Shown in pieces: positions 40,172 through 52,909 of a stretch of 64,000 nt of DNA. Source of the stretch: Lytechinus pictus (taxonomy: Eukaryota). Position numbers and translations under genes: made by a program. Below the pieces are notes generated by a model. The model did not search any database. It was not told the origin of the DNA and saw only the letters and a program-made list of their open reading frames with translations. The DNA is taken from assembly GCF_037042905.1 (NCBI RefSeq), contig NC_087245.1, forward strand, positions 27,406,001 through 27,470,000, written 5' to 3'. How positions within the stretch are numbered: the first letter of the stretch is position 1; each line of letters opens with the position of its first letter.

Positions 40172-42841
40172 GGGCCTGTTTCATGACGAGATGAGCGATA
40201 CGTAGGAACATCCAAGGACCATTCTTCCGAGAGAGGAAGATTGGCGACAAATCAGCGCTTTCCGTTTCACGAAGGCAATTTTGGCTTCCAAGTCCGCGAC
40301 ATTGTTTGATATCGACAGTATCGTCAGCATTACGTAGTCGTCACCTGAACTTTTTTTTATTAAACAAAATGAAAATACATAAATGATTTAGCGTGTTTAG
40401 TAACATCTTAGTTTTTAATCATTTGTTTTTGCTGAACTTAATAAAGGCATGTTGTTTTTACCATACATAGATTTTCTTTTCTTTAAATGCGTTTTCATAA
40501 CCTTGAAAGGGATGGTCCGGGCTGAAAATATTTATATCTTAATACATAGAGTAGAATTCACTGAGCAAAATGCCGAAAATTTCATCAAAATCGGATAACA
40601 AATAATAAAGTTATTGAAGTTAAAAGTTCAGCAATATTTTGTAAAAACAGTCGTCATGAATATTCATTAGGTGGACTGATGATTTCACATCTCCACTTTC
40701 CGTTTTCTTATGTTATTACATAAAATCATAATTTTTTTCATTATTTCATACTTATGTGAACAATATGTCTCCCTTATAATGAAATAAGTTGCAGCAATAA
40801 ATATCTAATGCACTAAATCAGTTGTCAATCCAATTTTCTAGTTCTTGGAGGAAAAAATGTGAATAAACCTAATTTCATATAATAAAATACAAAAGAACAA
40901 GTTGGGATGTGACATCATCAGCCCACCTAATGAATATTCATGACGACTGTTTAAAAAAAATATTGCCAATTTTTAAAATTCAATAACATTCTTATTTGTT
41001 ATCCGATTTTGATGAAATTTTCGGCATTTTGCTCATATCTACTCTATTTATTACGCTATAAATAAATTCAGCCCGGACGATCCCTTTAACTAATTACACA
41101 GCATGCCGGTCACTTCAGAGAGGTTAAAACCTATTTCGATATTTTGAGTTTGGTTCATAATGGTTAGTTTCGGTCATGTCCGCTCATTTGGTTTACGTAG
41201 CAGACGATGCTAGCCTGCTAGTATATAGTATACTTAGGCAGACCCTATTGCAAATCAAAATCAATTTTGGACTCGATATTTGCTTCCTCAAACTGTAGCT
41301 ATTATAAATATCAGTACGCAAAGCTTTATAGTACAAGAATATTGTTATATACTTTCAACATTAAATGCGTTAATTAAGTTTGTTTGGACTGTGTAAATTG
41401 TTTCAAATGAAAAGGGTCTAGGAACGGAAACTAACATACGTTAGTCACGTGACGTTGTACACAGAAATATGGCATGTTCTGCCTGCTCGATCTCAAAGTT
41501 TGGGAGAAAAATGAAATGTAACCATTATACCAGTCATAAAGTATTATACATCAAACTGTAGGTAATCTATTTAGGATTGAGATGACAATCAATCTCGACC
41601 TTTTTTACCCTTAGGGATATTCCAGTGGGAAAACAAAGGTGCCAGTGTCTCGAAAATATGGGTGGTTTCAGACCGTTTGTCATAGCAAGAGTTGTGAACA
41701 TGCATGGACACTTTCAAATAAACAGCGAGACGTAAATAGTGAATTAATTGTAATAATATTTACATCAAATTAATGGAATTGGATAAGATTTTGACACTAT
41801 TATCAATCTGGTGTGAGATTATTAATAGTTATAAAGATATACCCGGATTTCTGCAATATTACGTTCATGAAAACCATGCACTGTTCCCTGTGTTGAAGCT
41901 GTGTGTGTGGACTTTCGGACATTTAAATGCACGCGACTAACCATTATGAAAAAAATGGAAAAGGGTGGGGAAAAATAGGAGAAAAATAAATGGAAACATA
42001 CAAAAAAACATTGTTTGGACCTATTACCCTGAAGAAGTTAAATTGACATTAGTTTTGGGTCGTCTTGCCGCGGGCAATCAGACGACCTGAAAGTGATGCT
42101 TGTCCCCAAACAAATATATTAAAAACTTAGCGCCATCCCGGATAAAGTGCATCAGCGTGCAATAGACCAGTTTGGTACTGCCTCATGGCCGCTTTTGGTC
42201 AAATGGCCTATCATTTTTTACATTGTGATAGGCAGATTTCAAAGAAAGATATAATGTAAGCTAATTGCCTTACATAGCAGGATGCAGAAATTGTTTAGAC
42301 CAAGTGACTAGAATAGCATACCAATTAATTAATCTATGAAAGTATTTGTTGCATTTTTTACTTCGAATGCATTAACAAGTTGCTATAACAATGTAGGCCC
42401 TACTTGGCCATCTGTAAAATACCAAGCGCTTGTGGACGCGCGCATTGTTGTTTTTTGTGTGGATCTTATGAAAAACAAAATTCAAAAGAATATATATATA
42501 ATCAAGACATCAAAGTTGGTGATTATTATTAAACCACCATGTCACTTTTAGTGCGAATGACCTTCTTCTGATCATGCGCAGAATCGATCCGAATGACACA
42601 CACACACAAAAAATGTAAAGAAAAGGTGATATGTCAGCTCGGGTGGCTTGCGGTAAACGCATTTTCTCTATAGTTCAGATGCCGACGGTGGCGGGCGGTG
42701 GGCAAAGAACATTTTGCATATGTCTGGAGCTGTCTTCTTTCTATCCCCTAAATTGGCTTCGTGAAACAGATAGCGATATCACGTTCTGACTATAGACATG
42801 ACAGAGCGCTTCTACCAAAGACCCTTTCATGAAACAAGCCC
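40172..42841. mobile_element. Large non-autonomous Harbinger-like element with nested insertions
   Basis: GGGCCTGTTTCATGA ... TCATGAAACAAGCCC termini and subterminal inverted GTTTCACGAAG / CTTCGTGAAAC; TSD unclear. Confidence 0.55.
40508..41085. mobile_element. Kolobok-type MITE, same family as 20179-20772
   Basis: TGAA|AGGGATGGTCCGGGCTGAA ... TTCAGCCCGGACGATCCCT|TTAA. Confidence 0.85.
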
Positions 42842-43026
42842 CCGCGGTCAGGTGGGTGTTTCATGAAAGTTGCTAGCACTGACTAAATTGTCAGTGCTGA
42901 CAATTTCAGTGAAATCCTTGGTTTTGATTGGTTGAAATGCACTGGCCTCTGACTGTTACTATGGTAACTGTCGGAGAAAGACAACTTGTTCAGTGCTGAC
43001 AATTTTCATGCAACGGTGTCCCCATT

Positions 43027-44040
43027 TTCTTGGTTCTTGGTTCTTGGTTGTGGTTCCTCCAAAATACTCCTAATGGAATTTTAACTGGAGGTTGTGGTGG
43101 TTGAGGGTGGATTTAGGGAGTTTTTAGAATCGCAGCTTTAAATTTATCTGGGTCAGTTTGACATACCAGGGTAGGGTGGAGATCATTCCACGATGCAATT
43201 GTGCGGGGAAAGAAGGAGTTCTTGTACACATCGAGCCTGGAAGATGGTACCTCAAACTGGAAGGAATGTCCCCGTCTGTTCCTATTTGGTTTAGGTTTAG
43301 TGTTCGCTCGGGCGTCTATATCAAGTTTGCCATGTAACATTTTGAAGAAACAGCTTAAACGATGTGCTTCGCGTCTCTCTTGGAGAGAATTCCATTTGAG
43401 TGAATTTAGAAGTTGGGTAACACTTGATTCTCTTTCATATGTATTTGTTACAAATCGGGCTGCTTGTCTCTGGACTCGTTCAAGGGAAGAGATATTTTTG
43501 GATGTGTAAGGGTCCCAGGCAGCGACTGCATAATCCAGATGTGGTCGAACAAGGGTAAGATAGAGTCTCTCTTTGACAGAAGTTGAGCAATGATGGAAAT
43601 TTCGTCTAAGGAAGCTCAGGACTCCTATTGCTTTTGTTGTTGCAAGGTGAGTTTGGCTGTTCCATCGGAGATCATTTTGAATTACAACTCCGAGGTATTT
43701 GGTCTGCTTGCATTCGTCCAAGGTGACACCGAGGATATCATATGAAGCTTCACCTGGTTTCTTCTTTCTTGTAACACGCATTGATTCACATTTCTGGGGG
43801 TTGAAATTCATTCCCCAGGTTTGTGACCATTTGACCATTTCATCAATGTCCTTCTGAAGAATATCTGGGTCATTTGTTGATTTAATTGGGCGATACAGCA
43901 AACAGTCATCAGCAAATAATTTAGTAGTACTCCTAACTTTATCGTGAATATCGTTTATATAGAGCAAAAACAGATGTGGGCCGAGTACAGTACCCTGCGG
44001 CGTTCCACTAAGTACCGGCTGCCAATCAGAGTGCTTCCGA
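43027..44040 (-). mobile_element. 5'-truncated CR1-clade LINE (3' half of RT plus tail)
   Basis: SGTPQGTVLGPHLFLLYIND..FADD..KYLGV..LVRPHLDY..SFFPRTIASWN; (AACCAAG)n tail on the minus strand at 43027-43050. Confidence 0.92.
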
Positions 44041-44434
44041 TCATTCCTTCGAGATTACTTTTACTGGTCTTTAAAACAACTGACTAACGTGTGGATGCCG
44101 AGTTTACAGTAGTAGGAAGACAGTTCCAGTATTCAATCACTCTCTGACTAGAACGTTTTCATTAGCAATGAGTTGCTTCTGCAGCTTCATATTATTTTGT
44201 CCCGGGTTATTTTGGTGACCATAATTGAATTAGTTTGGATAAGCCAAACTTTTTTTTTTTTTTTTTCTCCCCGGGATTTCTCTGATACCCTGCTCGTTTA
44301 GCCTCATTTCTTACGTGGTTGCCATCGAAACCGATTTCATACCTAGTTTGGTGCTTAGGTGTTCAAATGAACTAGAACTATAATAAGCTAGGGCAATTTA
44401 TTTACGTATGACTCGCGCACTTATATTGCATCCA

Positions 44435-46817
44435 CCAACGAACGTAGAGGGCAGCAACACACAAGCGTGTTGCTATAAGGAAGGTCAACTCGATACGCGC
44501 ATGCAGCTGAGCTGCGCGCGTATTTTATTGTTCATGCCAACGAACGTAGAGGGCAGCAACACACAAGCGTGTTGCTATAAGGAAGGTCAACTCGATACGC
44601 GCATGCAGCTGAGCTGCGCGCGTATTTTATTGTTCATGCCAACGAAATCAAATGCCGATCAAATACAACAACAAATTAGTAGCGATCAAAAAACGAATAT
44701 GAAAGAATATGACTACAACAATATCAAAGATAACTTAAAAAATATGTTGAGGAATATACATACATATAAAAACATACTTTGATATTTAAAACTTTACAAA
44801 TATAAGTTTCAGGAAACTAAAATCATTACCAAATCGGTGATTGTTGTTATCAGCGATTTCACCAGACGGCTGTATTAGGTGATTTGCGTCGAGACGATTT
44901 TGTGACCACTCGCAAAGCATTTCGGGATTGAATATAACCACCTTATTTTCTATGAGCTCTTCGCTGAACCCATCATCACAGTGCAGCTGCAGCGCAGCGC
45001 GCAGCCAATGCAATGCATCCGATGCATGGGTTGTTTTTTCGCCGTCCATGCCATGGTCTCGGACTCAGAGTTGAAATTTAGACCCGGATTTCGGGGATAC
45101 AGCGCCTTTATTTCAGATTTATAGACTTAAAAGTCAAATGACATTTAAAATTTGAAATCTAACCTTGAACAATCATCGTTGATAAACATCAGCCCTGAAG
45201 CCATTACACTTCAAATCAGGCCAGGCAAATTAGACGTCATTGTCTAAGTTGCTAGATCTATGACGAGTCGCCTGAAGCCCCAGCGCATCATCAACGTCAC
45301 TAGCTAGCTGCGCGACCGGCCCAGACTCGGCGCACCCAGGCCAGAAAAATTACCTCGATTATTACGGTGGTTGTCTATGCATTTATTAGTGGTGCAGCGA
45401 AATTCAGCAGAAGAAAATAAGAGATATGAGGTATCCTCGTCACAGGCTTATATTCCAAAATGGGGAAAAATGTCAAAATCATGATTATTTAAGCTAAATA
45501 TTTTCTTTAAAAATAAAAGTAATATTTTTAATATTTATACCCAGAATAACCGATCTAATAATTGTTCATTAAAAAATATTTGAAGTTAACAAATGAAAAA
45601 AAATCAACTCGACAAATTTCCAAAAACCCCACCTTATTTTTTAAAGTGGTCACAAACTTTGAGCGGAGTTGACCTTCCTTAGAGCAACACGCTTGTGTGT
45701 TGCTGCCCTCTACGTTCGTTGGTTCATGCCAACGAAATCAAATGCCGATCTAATACAACAACAAATTAGTAGCGATCAAAAAACGAATATGAAAGAATAT
45801 GACTACAACAATATCAAAGATAACTTAAAAAATATGTTGAGGAATATACATACATATAAAAACATACTTTGATATTTAAAACTTTACAAATATAAGTTTC
45901 AGGAAACTAAAATCATTACCAAATCGGTGATTGTTGTTATCAGCGATTTCACCAGACGGCTGTATTAGGTGATTTGCGTCGAGACGATTTTGTGACCACT
46001 CGCAAAGCATTTCGGGATTGAATATAACCACCTTATTTTCTCTGAGCTCTTCGCTGAACCCATCATCACAGTGCAGCTGCAGCGCAGCGCGCAGCCAATG
46101 CAATGCATCCGATGCATGGGTTGTTTTTTCGCCGTCCATGCCATGGTCTCGGACTCAGAGTTGAAATTTAGACCCGGATTTCGGGGATACAGCGCCTTTA
46201 TTTCAGATTTATAGACTTAAAAGTCAAATGACATTTAAAATTTGAAATCTAACCTTGAACAATCATCGTTGATAAACATCAGCCCTGAAGCCATTACACT
46301 TCAAATCAGGCCAGGCAAATTAGACGGCATTGTCTAAGTTGCTAGATCTATGACGAGTCGCCTGAAGCCCCAGCGCATCATCAACGTCACTAGCTAGCTG
46401 CGCGACCGGCCCAGACTCGGCGCACCCAGGCCAGAAAAATGACCTCGATTATTACGGTGGTTGTCTATGCATTTATTAGTGGTGCAGCGAAATTCAGCAG
46501 AAGAAAATAAGAGATACGAGGTATCCTCGTCACAGGCTTAATATTCCAAAATGAGAAAAAATGTCAAAATCATGATTATTTAAGCTAAATATTTTCTTTA
46601 AAAATAAAAGTAATATTTTTAATATTTATACCCAGAATAACCGATCTAATAATTGTTCATTAAAAAATATTTGAAATTAACAAATGAAAAAAAATCAACT
46701 CGACAAATTTCCCAAAACCCCACCTTATTTTTTAAAGTGGTCACAAAATTCGAGCGGAGTTGACCTTCCTTAGAGCATGCAACACGCTTGTGTGTTGCTG
46801 CCCTCTACGTTCGTTGG
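44435..46817. mobile_element. Unclassified TIR element (outer copy, ~1.19 kb net) carrying a nested copy of itself
   Basis: ~57-bp TIRs CCAACGAACGTAGAGGGCAGCAACACACAAGCGTGTTGC...; CATCCA duplicated at 44429-44434 and 46818-46823. Confidence 0.9.
44537..45722. mobile_element. Inner copy of the same TIR element (1186 bp)
   Basis: Both TIRs complete; TTCATG duplicated at 44531-44536 and 45723-45728. Confidence 0.9.
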
Positions 46818-46869
46818 CATCCACCTTAGCGCCACTTACGACGAACTTCCAGAAGGGGCGATTACGAAA

Positions 46870-46950
46870 ATGGAAAGTGTCCTGAGAATCTGTTCCAATT
46901 CATTGCGGGGTACTCTATGTAGATTTCATATTTTATCTAATTCACACTCG
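46870..46950 (+). CDS. MRPS14: Mitochondrial ribosomal protein S14, inferred exon 1 (targeting presequence)
   Basis: AAAATGG start; MESVLRICSNSLRGTLCRFHILSNSHS is Arg/Ser/Leu-rich like a presequence; phase-0 GTAAGT donor matches exon 2. Confidence 0.7.
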
Positions 46951-48240
46951 GTAAGTACGATTCAATAGTTTTAGTTAATTGTTAAGGAAATAAATGCTAT
47001 AAAACTGAGTTTAAAACGTTACTACTTAGCCTAGTGAAGTAGTTCGGTCCCACGTCATTTGATTTTGTGTTGGCCATACACAGTACACAATACATATATA
47101 GTCACGTAGCCGTAGCCCCACTCATGGGTTCAATGCATCTCGGGTGCGAAGGATTCATATGCACATGGTGCACGCGAATCTTTCACACCCTTTTTACTAA
47201 AATAACTATGCCATTATAGTTTACCTAAAGTTTCTAATTGTGCTATGAGTATGACACTTACCGAACCATATGGATCGTTTGTTGACTTCTCTTTGCTGTT
47301 TTTTTAAGAAAAAAAAAGCATTTTCTCGTGATCTTCACGTAGATGCCGCCGGATCATCGTGGATATCAACTTTTGCCTAAAGAGGACGCGCGATATTATT
47401 CAAAAGACATTTGTTTACGGTTCTGCAGCTTGTACTGCTAGCTGCATTTTAGACGCTTCGCATTATTTTCCTCTTTCTGTTTTTGTTTTGTTTTTTTTTT
47501 GCTGTCAAGCGGTGTTTTCTATTGTTTTGTAACGCCATCAGCAATGATGAAATGTAAAGAGTCGCCTTGAAATGAAGAAAAATTGTGGCACATTAATTCG
47601 TTAGTTCGTTTCCTATTTTTTTTGCTCTTTTTCTTCTTCCTCATCTATGATCAAAGGTGAATACCTTTTTTTGATATCTGTTCTAAAAGCTGGACATTTT
47701 AAATATTTTGTTCAAATAAATAAATCAACAGGATAGTAATCAAAATGCGATAGAGCTGCCCGAGCTGAAAATTCTGATACAAGGACTTGAAAATAAAACA
47801 TTCTGAGCACTTTTTATAACCATGATGAGGAGACCTATATATATATATATATATATATATATGTAGGCCTATATATGTATATGAAATAAGCTAACACGAA
47901 AAAAAGACGTTTTGGGGACTGTTAAATAAGAATTCATGAGTGGGATAGGTAACTATCTATTCTATTCTTGTTCGTTTTCTATTATTATTTGTGTGTTAAA
48001 ATATATTAACGAAGTCATGCACCATTATTATCATAAGCTAACGGATCAAAATGCGAGCGTGAAACGTGAGCTTCTTTTTTTCTTAATTCAGTCTTAACGA
48101 TACTTTTTCATCATATTTTAAAGGTGAATCTCATGATTCAAAATGATAAATGCTTGTCGCACGGGCAGAAATAGCGGGACCAACAGTTATTTTCAATATT
48201 CCGAACTGCATTCTGGATGTTGTATTTATAAGCACCTTTG

Positions 48241-48747
48241 CAGAGGCGTCGATCATGGGGGGGCAGGGGGGGCAACCGCCCCACCAATGAAAATATTGGG
48301 GGGGCAAACATATCGTTTTGCCCCCCCCCCAATAATTCCGCATGTGCAAAAAATAAGATAAGATTGTAATGTTACACAGAAATCAGCAAGCGAGATTGAG
48401 ATACACAACTCGTTCTTCATCTAAATCGTGCTCAAAATGTCCGGTTTTCAGATTAGAATTTAAAAAAAATTTCAGCTTGCGCTTCACGCTCGCATCATTT
48501 CTGTAGCAAAAACCCATACTTTTCATGATTGAATAGGTGAATAGAATGTCCCGTTTTCAGTTCTATACCTCAAAAGAACTCCCACTTCGATTTGTAATAA
48601 TCTTTTGTTGGATATATTTCTTGTTCTTTATTAAAAACGTAAATTAAACTCTTTTTTTTTTTAGATCAAAATATCAAAATTTTCAGCTCGCGATTTGCGC
48701 TCGCATCTATTATTTTAATTTAAAAAAAAATTTAATTTGTTGGTGAG

Positions 48748-48794
<47 letters not shown>

Positions 48795-48932
48795 ATCTAT
48801 ATATATATACATATAGGCATATGTGTGTGTGTGTGTGTTTGAGTCTGTTTGTTTTGTGTGATCGAGCGCCTTTGGAAAGTTGATTCATGATTTTGCCCCC
48901 CCCCCAATCTGAAAAATGGATCGACGCCCCTG
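48241..48932. mobile_element. hAT-type MITE
   Basis: CAGAGGCGTCGATC ... GATCGACGCCCCTG with a perfect 8-bp TSD CACCTTTG. Confidence 0.88.
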
Positions 48933-49389
48933 CACCTTTGTATAACAATTAAAAGGGTAGGCCTATTTACCTTACAAATTATGCGAGCGCTGAACTTTTG
49001 GACATTTAAACCTCAACAAATGGACATTCTAAGCATTTTTAAAATATGAACAACATCATAACTGTCACTTACAAAAATGATGCCAGCGCGAAGCTCGCAC
49101 TTATAATTTTTGATATTGATGACAGGACTATCTAAATGAAAAATAATGCGAGGGCATTTGCGCTTAAGATTTAAATTTGGGATTTGAAAAGTCCGACAGA
49201 TTACCTATACTTTTGAAAAAAGGAATGACATCCAGAATTCAAGCGCAAAGCGCCAGTAGATTTATGTTGAAGTTAGACCTAGAACAGGGACGTTGAACCT
49301 TTATAATCATGAAAAAGATGGTATTTTTATAAATAAAACATGGAAGTCTAATTTTGTTTTAGTGTTAATATTCAGATCTTCAAACTTGA

Positions 49390-49655
49390 CATTTTCCTAT
49401 CCCCTTCATCATTCTCTCTCTCTCTCCCTTTCCCGCCCCCTCCATTCCCTTTCTCGCTTTTCCTTTCCCTTCTTTTCTTTCCTTTCTCCCTCCCCTACTG
49501 TTTTCTCGCTCTTTCCATTTTTCTTTTCCCCTCCCTTTCCCTCTTCTTTCCCCTCTTCCTTTCCTTTGTTTTCTTTCTATTTTATGGTCTCCTTTTCCCT
49601 CTCTCTCCTCTACCTTTCCCCCTCCCCTTTTCCTTTCCCTTTCCCTCCTTTTTTG
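49390..49655. repeat. Polypyrimidine (CT-rich) low-complexity tract
   Basis: Visible directly. Confidence 0.85.
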
Positions 49656-51791
49656 TGCAAACATTAACACGAAAATCTTGCTTCCTACACACACACAAAC
49701 GCCCGCAATCTAACACACGTAATGCGAAACAATCGGGACATTATCATTTTGTTCATATATATATATATATATATATATGTATATTTTCATCTATTTAAAG
49801 CTTTGAAAATTAATAAACAACGATTCCATAGGCGAAATCTCAATGATCATTAGGAAGGTACTTTACCCATTTTCATTTTATGTCATTGTGATTATTCCAT
49901 ACTAAGGCAACATATTTTGGATATAAAAATACGTGAAGGAAATGTTCCTCTTCTGTTTTATACTCTAACAGAAAACATTTTGTTCAACCAAATTATGATT
50001 TGTATTTCCAAGTTCCATGTAGTATTTTCATTGGAAAATCTCTTAAAGGTCAAGTGCACCCCAGAAAAAAAATGTTTGAATAAATAGAGAATTATGAAAC
50101 AAGACTAACGCTGAAAACTTCATCAAAATCGGATGTAAAATAAGAAAGTTATGACATATTAAAGTTTCGCTTATTTATCACAAAACAGTTACATGCACAA
50201 TTCATTGATATCTAAATGAGAGATTCAATAATGTCACTCACTATTTCTCTTTTATTGTTCGAATTATACAATATTTCAATTCTCACGACTTTGACCAAAT
50301 AGGACCCTCTTTAAGTATATACATGAGATGCAACCTGTTGATTTTTGGTACAATTTCCTATTATATTATGCGCCGACGACTTGAATCGAGAATGTTCGAT
50401 AAGAAAAATTCGCATTTCGATTTTTGTTTGCGTAAAATCCACCGCAGTATGAAGGATGACTAAGGACGGACCGAGCGAAGTATCCTGGTTGAGATTTGGA
50501 GGTAAGCGATAAAAACACCTTTATCAATAATTTCTAATTCATTTTTAAAATGAACTAAATCATACGATCAAGATTAACATAGTGGAAAAATATTGAAAGA
50601 TTTGGCGTTTCATAGTCCCTCACATTCGTGTGATGAATGAAAACGTCAAAATGCACTATGAAATCACATGCGTTGTGCGAGGTTAGTATACTAACCTCGC
50701 ATGTTGTGTGAGTGCCGTAGGCCTATAGACCTTATCGCAAATAGATTCACGCAAAGGATCATGGGATCGCAAAGGGAGCAATAGCGCCGCTGTTGTCCGG
50801 ATGCGACCATGCGAGCGCAAGCAGCCGATAATAAAGTGTACGATTTCCATAGTGTATCAAAATACGATCGACGCCGGCAGCCAACATTTTGCTAACTTCC
50901 AGTAAACGCCTCGTCATATTTGTTCCAGAGTCTAACATCACTTTTCTTCTTAATCATGGGTGGCAGAGATAGATGTGCTGTATATAGCTGCAAGAATTAC
51001 CACAGATTTTATGAAGACAAGTGCAATTTTCTTTCATTTTCGCGCACTGTCTGTGCGTATTTTGAGCTGTGCAGCTGCTGTGCAAAGTGTGCTTGTATGC
51101 ACGGACAGCGGGCATGCACTCTCGGCCCAGGGGTACGTCGGCGAGGCAGTGGAGGAAACTGGTCCCGGAATTCCAAGCAATAATAAAATGATGATCAATA
51201 AAACAAACTCTGCAGTAGATTTGATTACTTTAGTCTAGTTATATATTTTTTGTAATATCAATCGATAGTCAAGAATACATGTTTCATAAATAATTATCTC
51301 AATCATGATTTTATTCAGAGTAGGCCTATAAACCGAGCTGTGTTTTCTTTTTCTCTCCACAGATAGGCTACATAATATTATTGCATATTATTCAGGATCG
51401 TGGTCGGACATTCTGAAGTTTTATTATTGGCATGCATAGACAAAATAATGAATGAAATAGAAAAAAATGAGAATAGATGAAAGTATATTGAGGATAAAGC
51501 TAAAAAAAAGAAATTAATGAGGAAGGTGATTTGTAAGAGAAGTGACTGAATGTGATGAAATTAATTGAAGATGTAAATGTTGAAATAAGATTTTTTATCA
51601 AAAGAATGGAATATATATCATCTATATGAATTAAATATCCATCATCTGCTAAGTTTCAGACAAAATAAAATTACAGAGAGATTGGAGGGATAGGGCCTAT
51701 ATGGGATCATAAAATGTTTTAAATTGAGGGATTTATTCATCTTTATTCTGCATGTCATAGGCCTATTATTTTGTATGTCCTTAATATTATG

Positions 51792-51844
<53 letters not shown>

Positions 51845-51891
51845 TATTTAGCTTATTTTGGGCTTTAGATTTGTCTCATGCACCAGAACTT

Positions 51892-52909
51892 CAGGCATGA
51901 AAATCCTCTGCGTTTCCGCGGATTTCCGCGTTTTTTTGTTTGCTGAATTTCCATTTTTTTTACTCCTAAAATCCGCGTTTTAATTTCCGATTTTTAGCGC
52001 TAAAATGTTTTAGCATATCTTACGTGTTATATGACGTTCGGCGTTTACAACGATTGCGCAGGAATCTCTTATCTAGCACATCTCAACTCTACACGTGTAT
52101 TTCGCGGTGTGTTTTACGTTTCTGTGCATGCAGTGCAGCGGTGGTGTGCTTGCAATCGCTGGGGGCAACCCGGCGCGCCGGGCATGCAGCGACCGGGCGC
52201 GCATATCATATCGGACCGGTGGAAGACCAATAAAGAAGCTGAATGTGCTCGCAGAGATTTGTGACGTGACATGGAATTTTCATATCAGAAAACTTTCAGC
52301 GCAAATTGCTCAAGTACAAGTATGACAAGTAGCTTATTATGGTAAGACTGATTAAATTGATAAATGACTTAAGTTGATTACCGTAAACCGTGGTGACTTT
52401 GGACACCGGGGTGACTTTGGACAGTTTAGATAGGTGATGATAGGGGGATATGTGAATAATTAAATGGCTCGTTTCATTATTTACATATCCTTTATCATAA
52501 AATAACTAAATATTTTCAGAAAAATCAACGGCGAAAGGAATGTAGCTGAAGCAATCTTCTTTTTAAAAACTGTCCAAAGTCACCCCGGTGTCCAAAGTCA
52601 CCCCGGTTTACGGTACTTGATTTTTTAGTATTTTTTAGTATTTTTTTATTGAATTTTGGACAAAAAATCCATATAAATACTTCATTACAATCATTCAACT
52701 CAAACAGGTTTTTGGAGTTGTAAAATTGATAAAACCCAGGAGCTTCCGGGGGCGTTGCCCCCTGGACCCCCACTGGGGCGTTGCCCCTGGACCCCACCCG
52801 TTAGCAGCGAGCGGCAAGCCACTCGCCCGGTGGGCTTCGCCCACCGTCTTGTCAACGATATTTCCAAAACCCTTTCAGCTTTTTTTTTCATACCCAATTT
52901 TCCTGCCTG
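51892..52909. mobile_element. DNA element with CAGGC termini and 6-bp TSD (hAT-like)
   Basis: GAACTT|CAGGCATGAAAAT ... ATTTTCCTGCCTG|GAACTT. Confidence 0.7.
52381..52613. mobile_element. pogo-like MITE
   Basis: TA|CCGTAAACCGTGGTGACTTTGGACACCGGGGTGACTTTGGACAGTTT and its reverse complement ending ...TTTACGG|TA. Confidence 0.88.

Noticed and set aside
44408..46139. ORFs inside the self-nested element as a transposase, and a RAG/Transib-like identity
   Set aside because: ORFs are short with no recognisable catalytic motif; the termini lack the CAC heptamer-like start and the TSD is not 5 bp.
49293..49694. Phe/Ser/Pro- and Arg/Glu/Gly-rich ORFs, also 58536-58817
   Set aside because: Translations of purine/pyrimidine low-complexity tracts.
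52272..52342. Alternative first coding exon for MRPS14 (MEFSYQK...)
   Set aside because: Ends in phase 2 whereas exon 2 starts in phase 0, and it lies inside a transposon.
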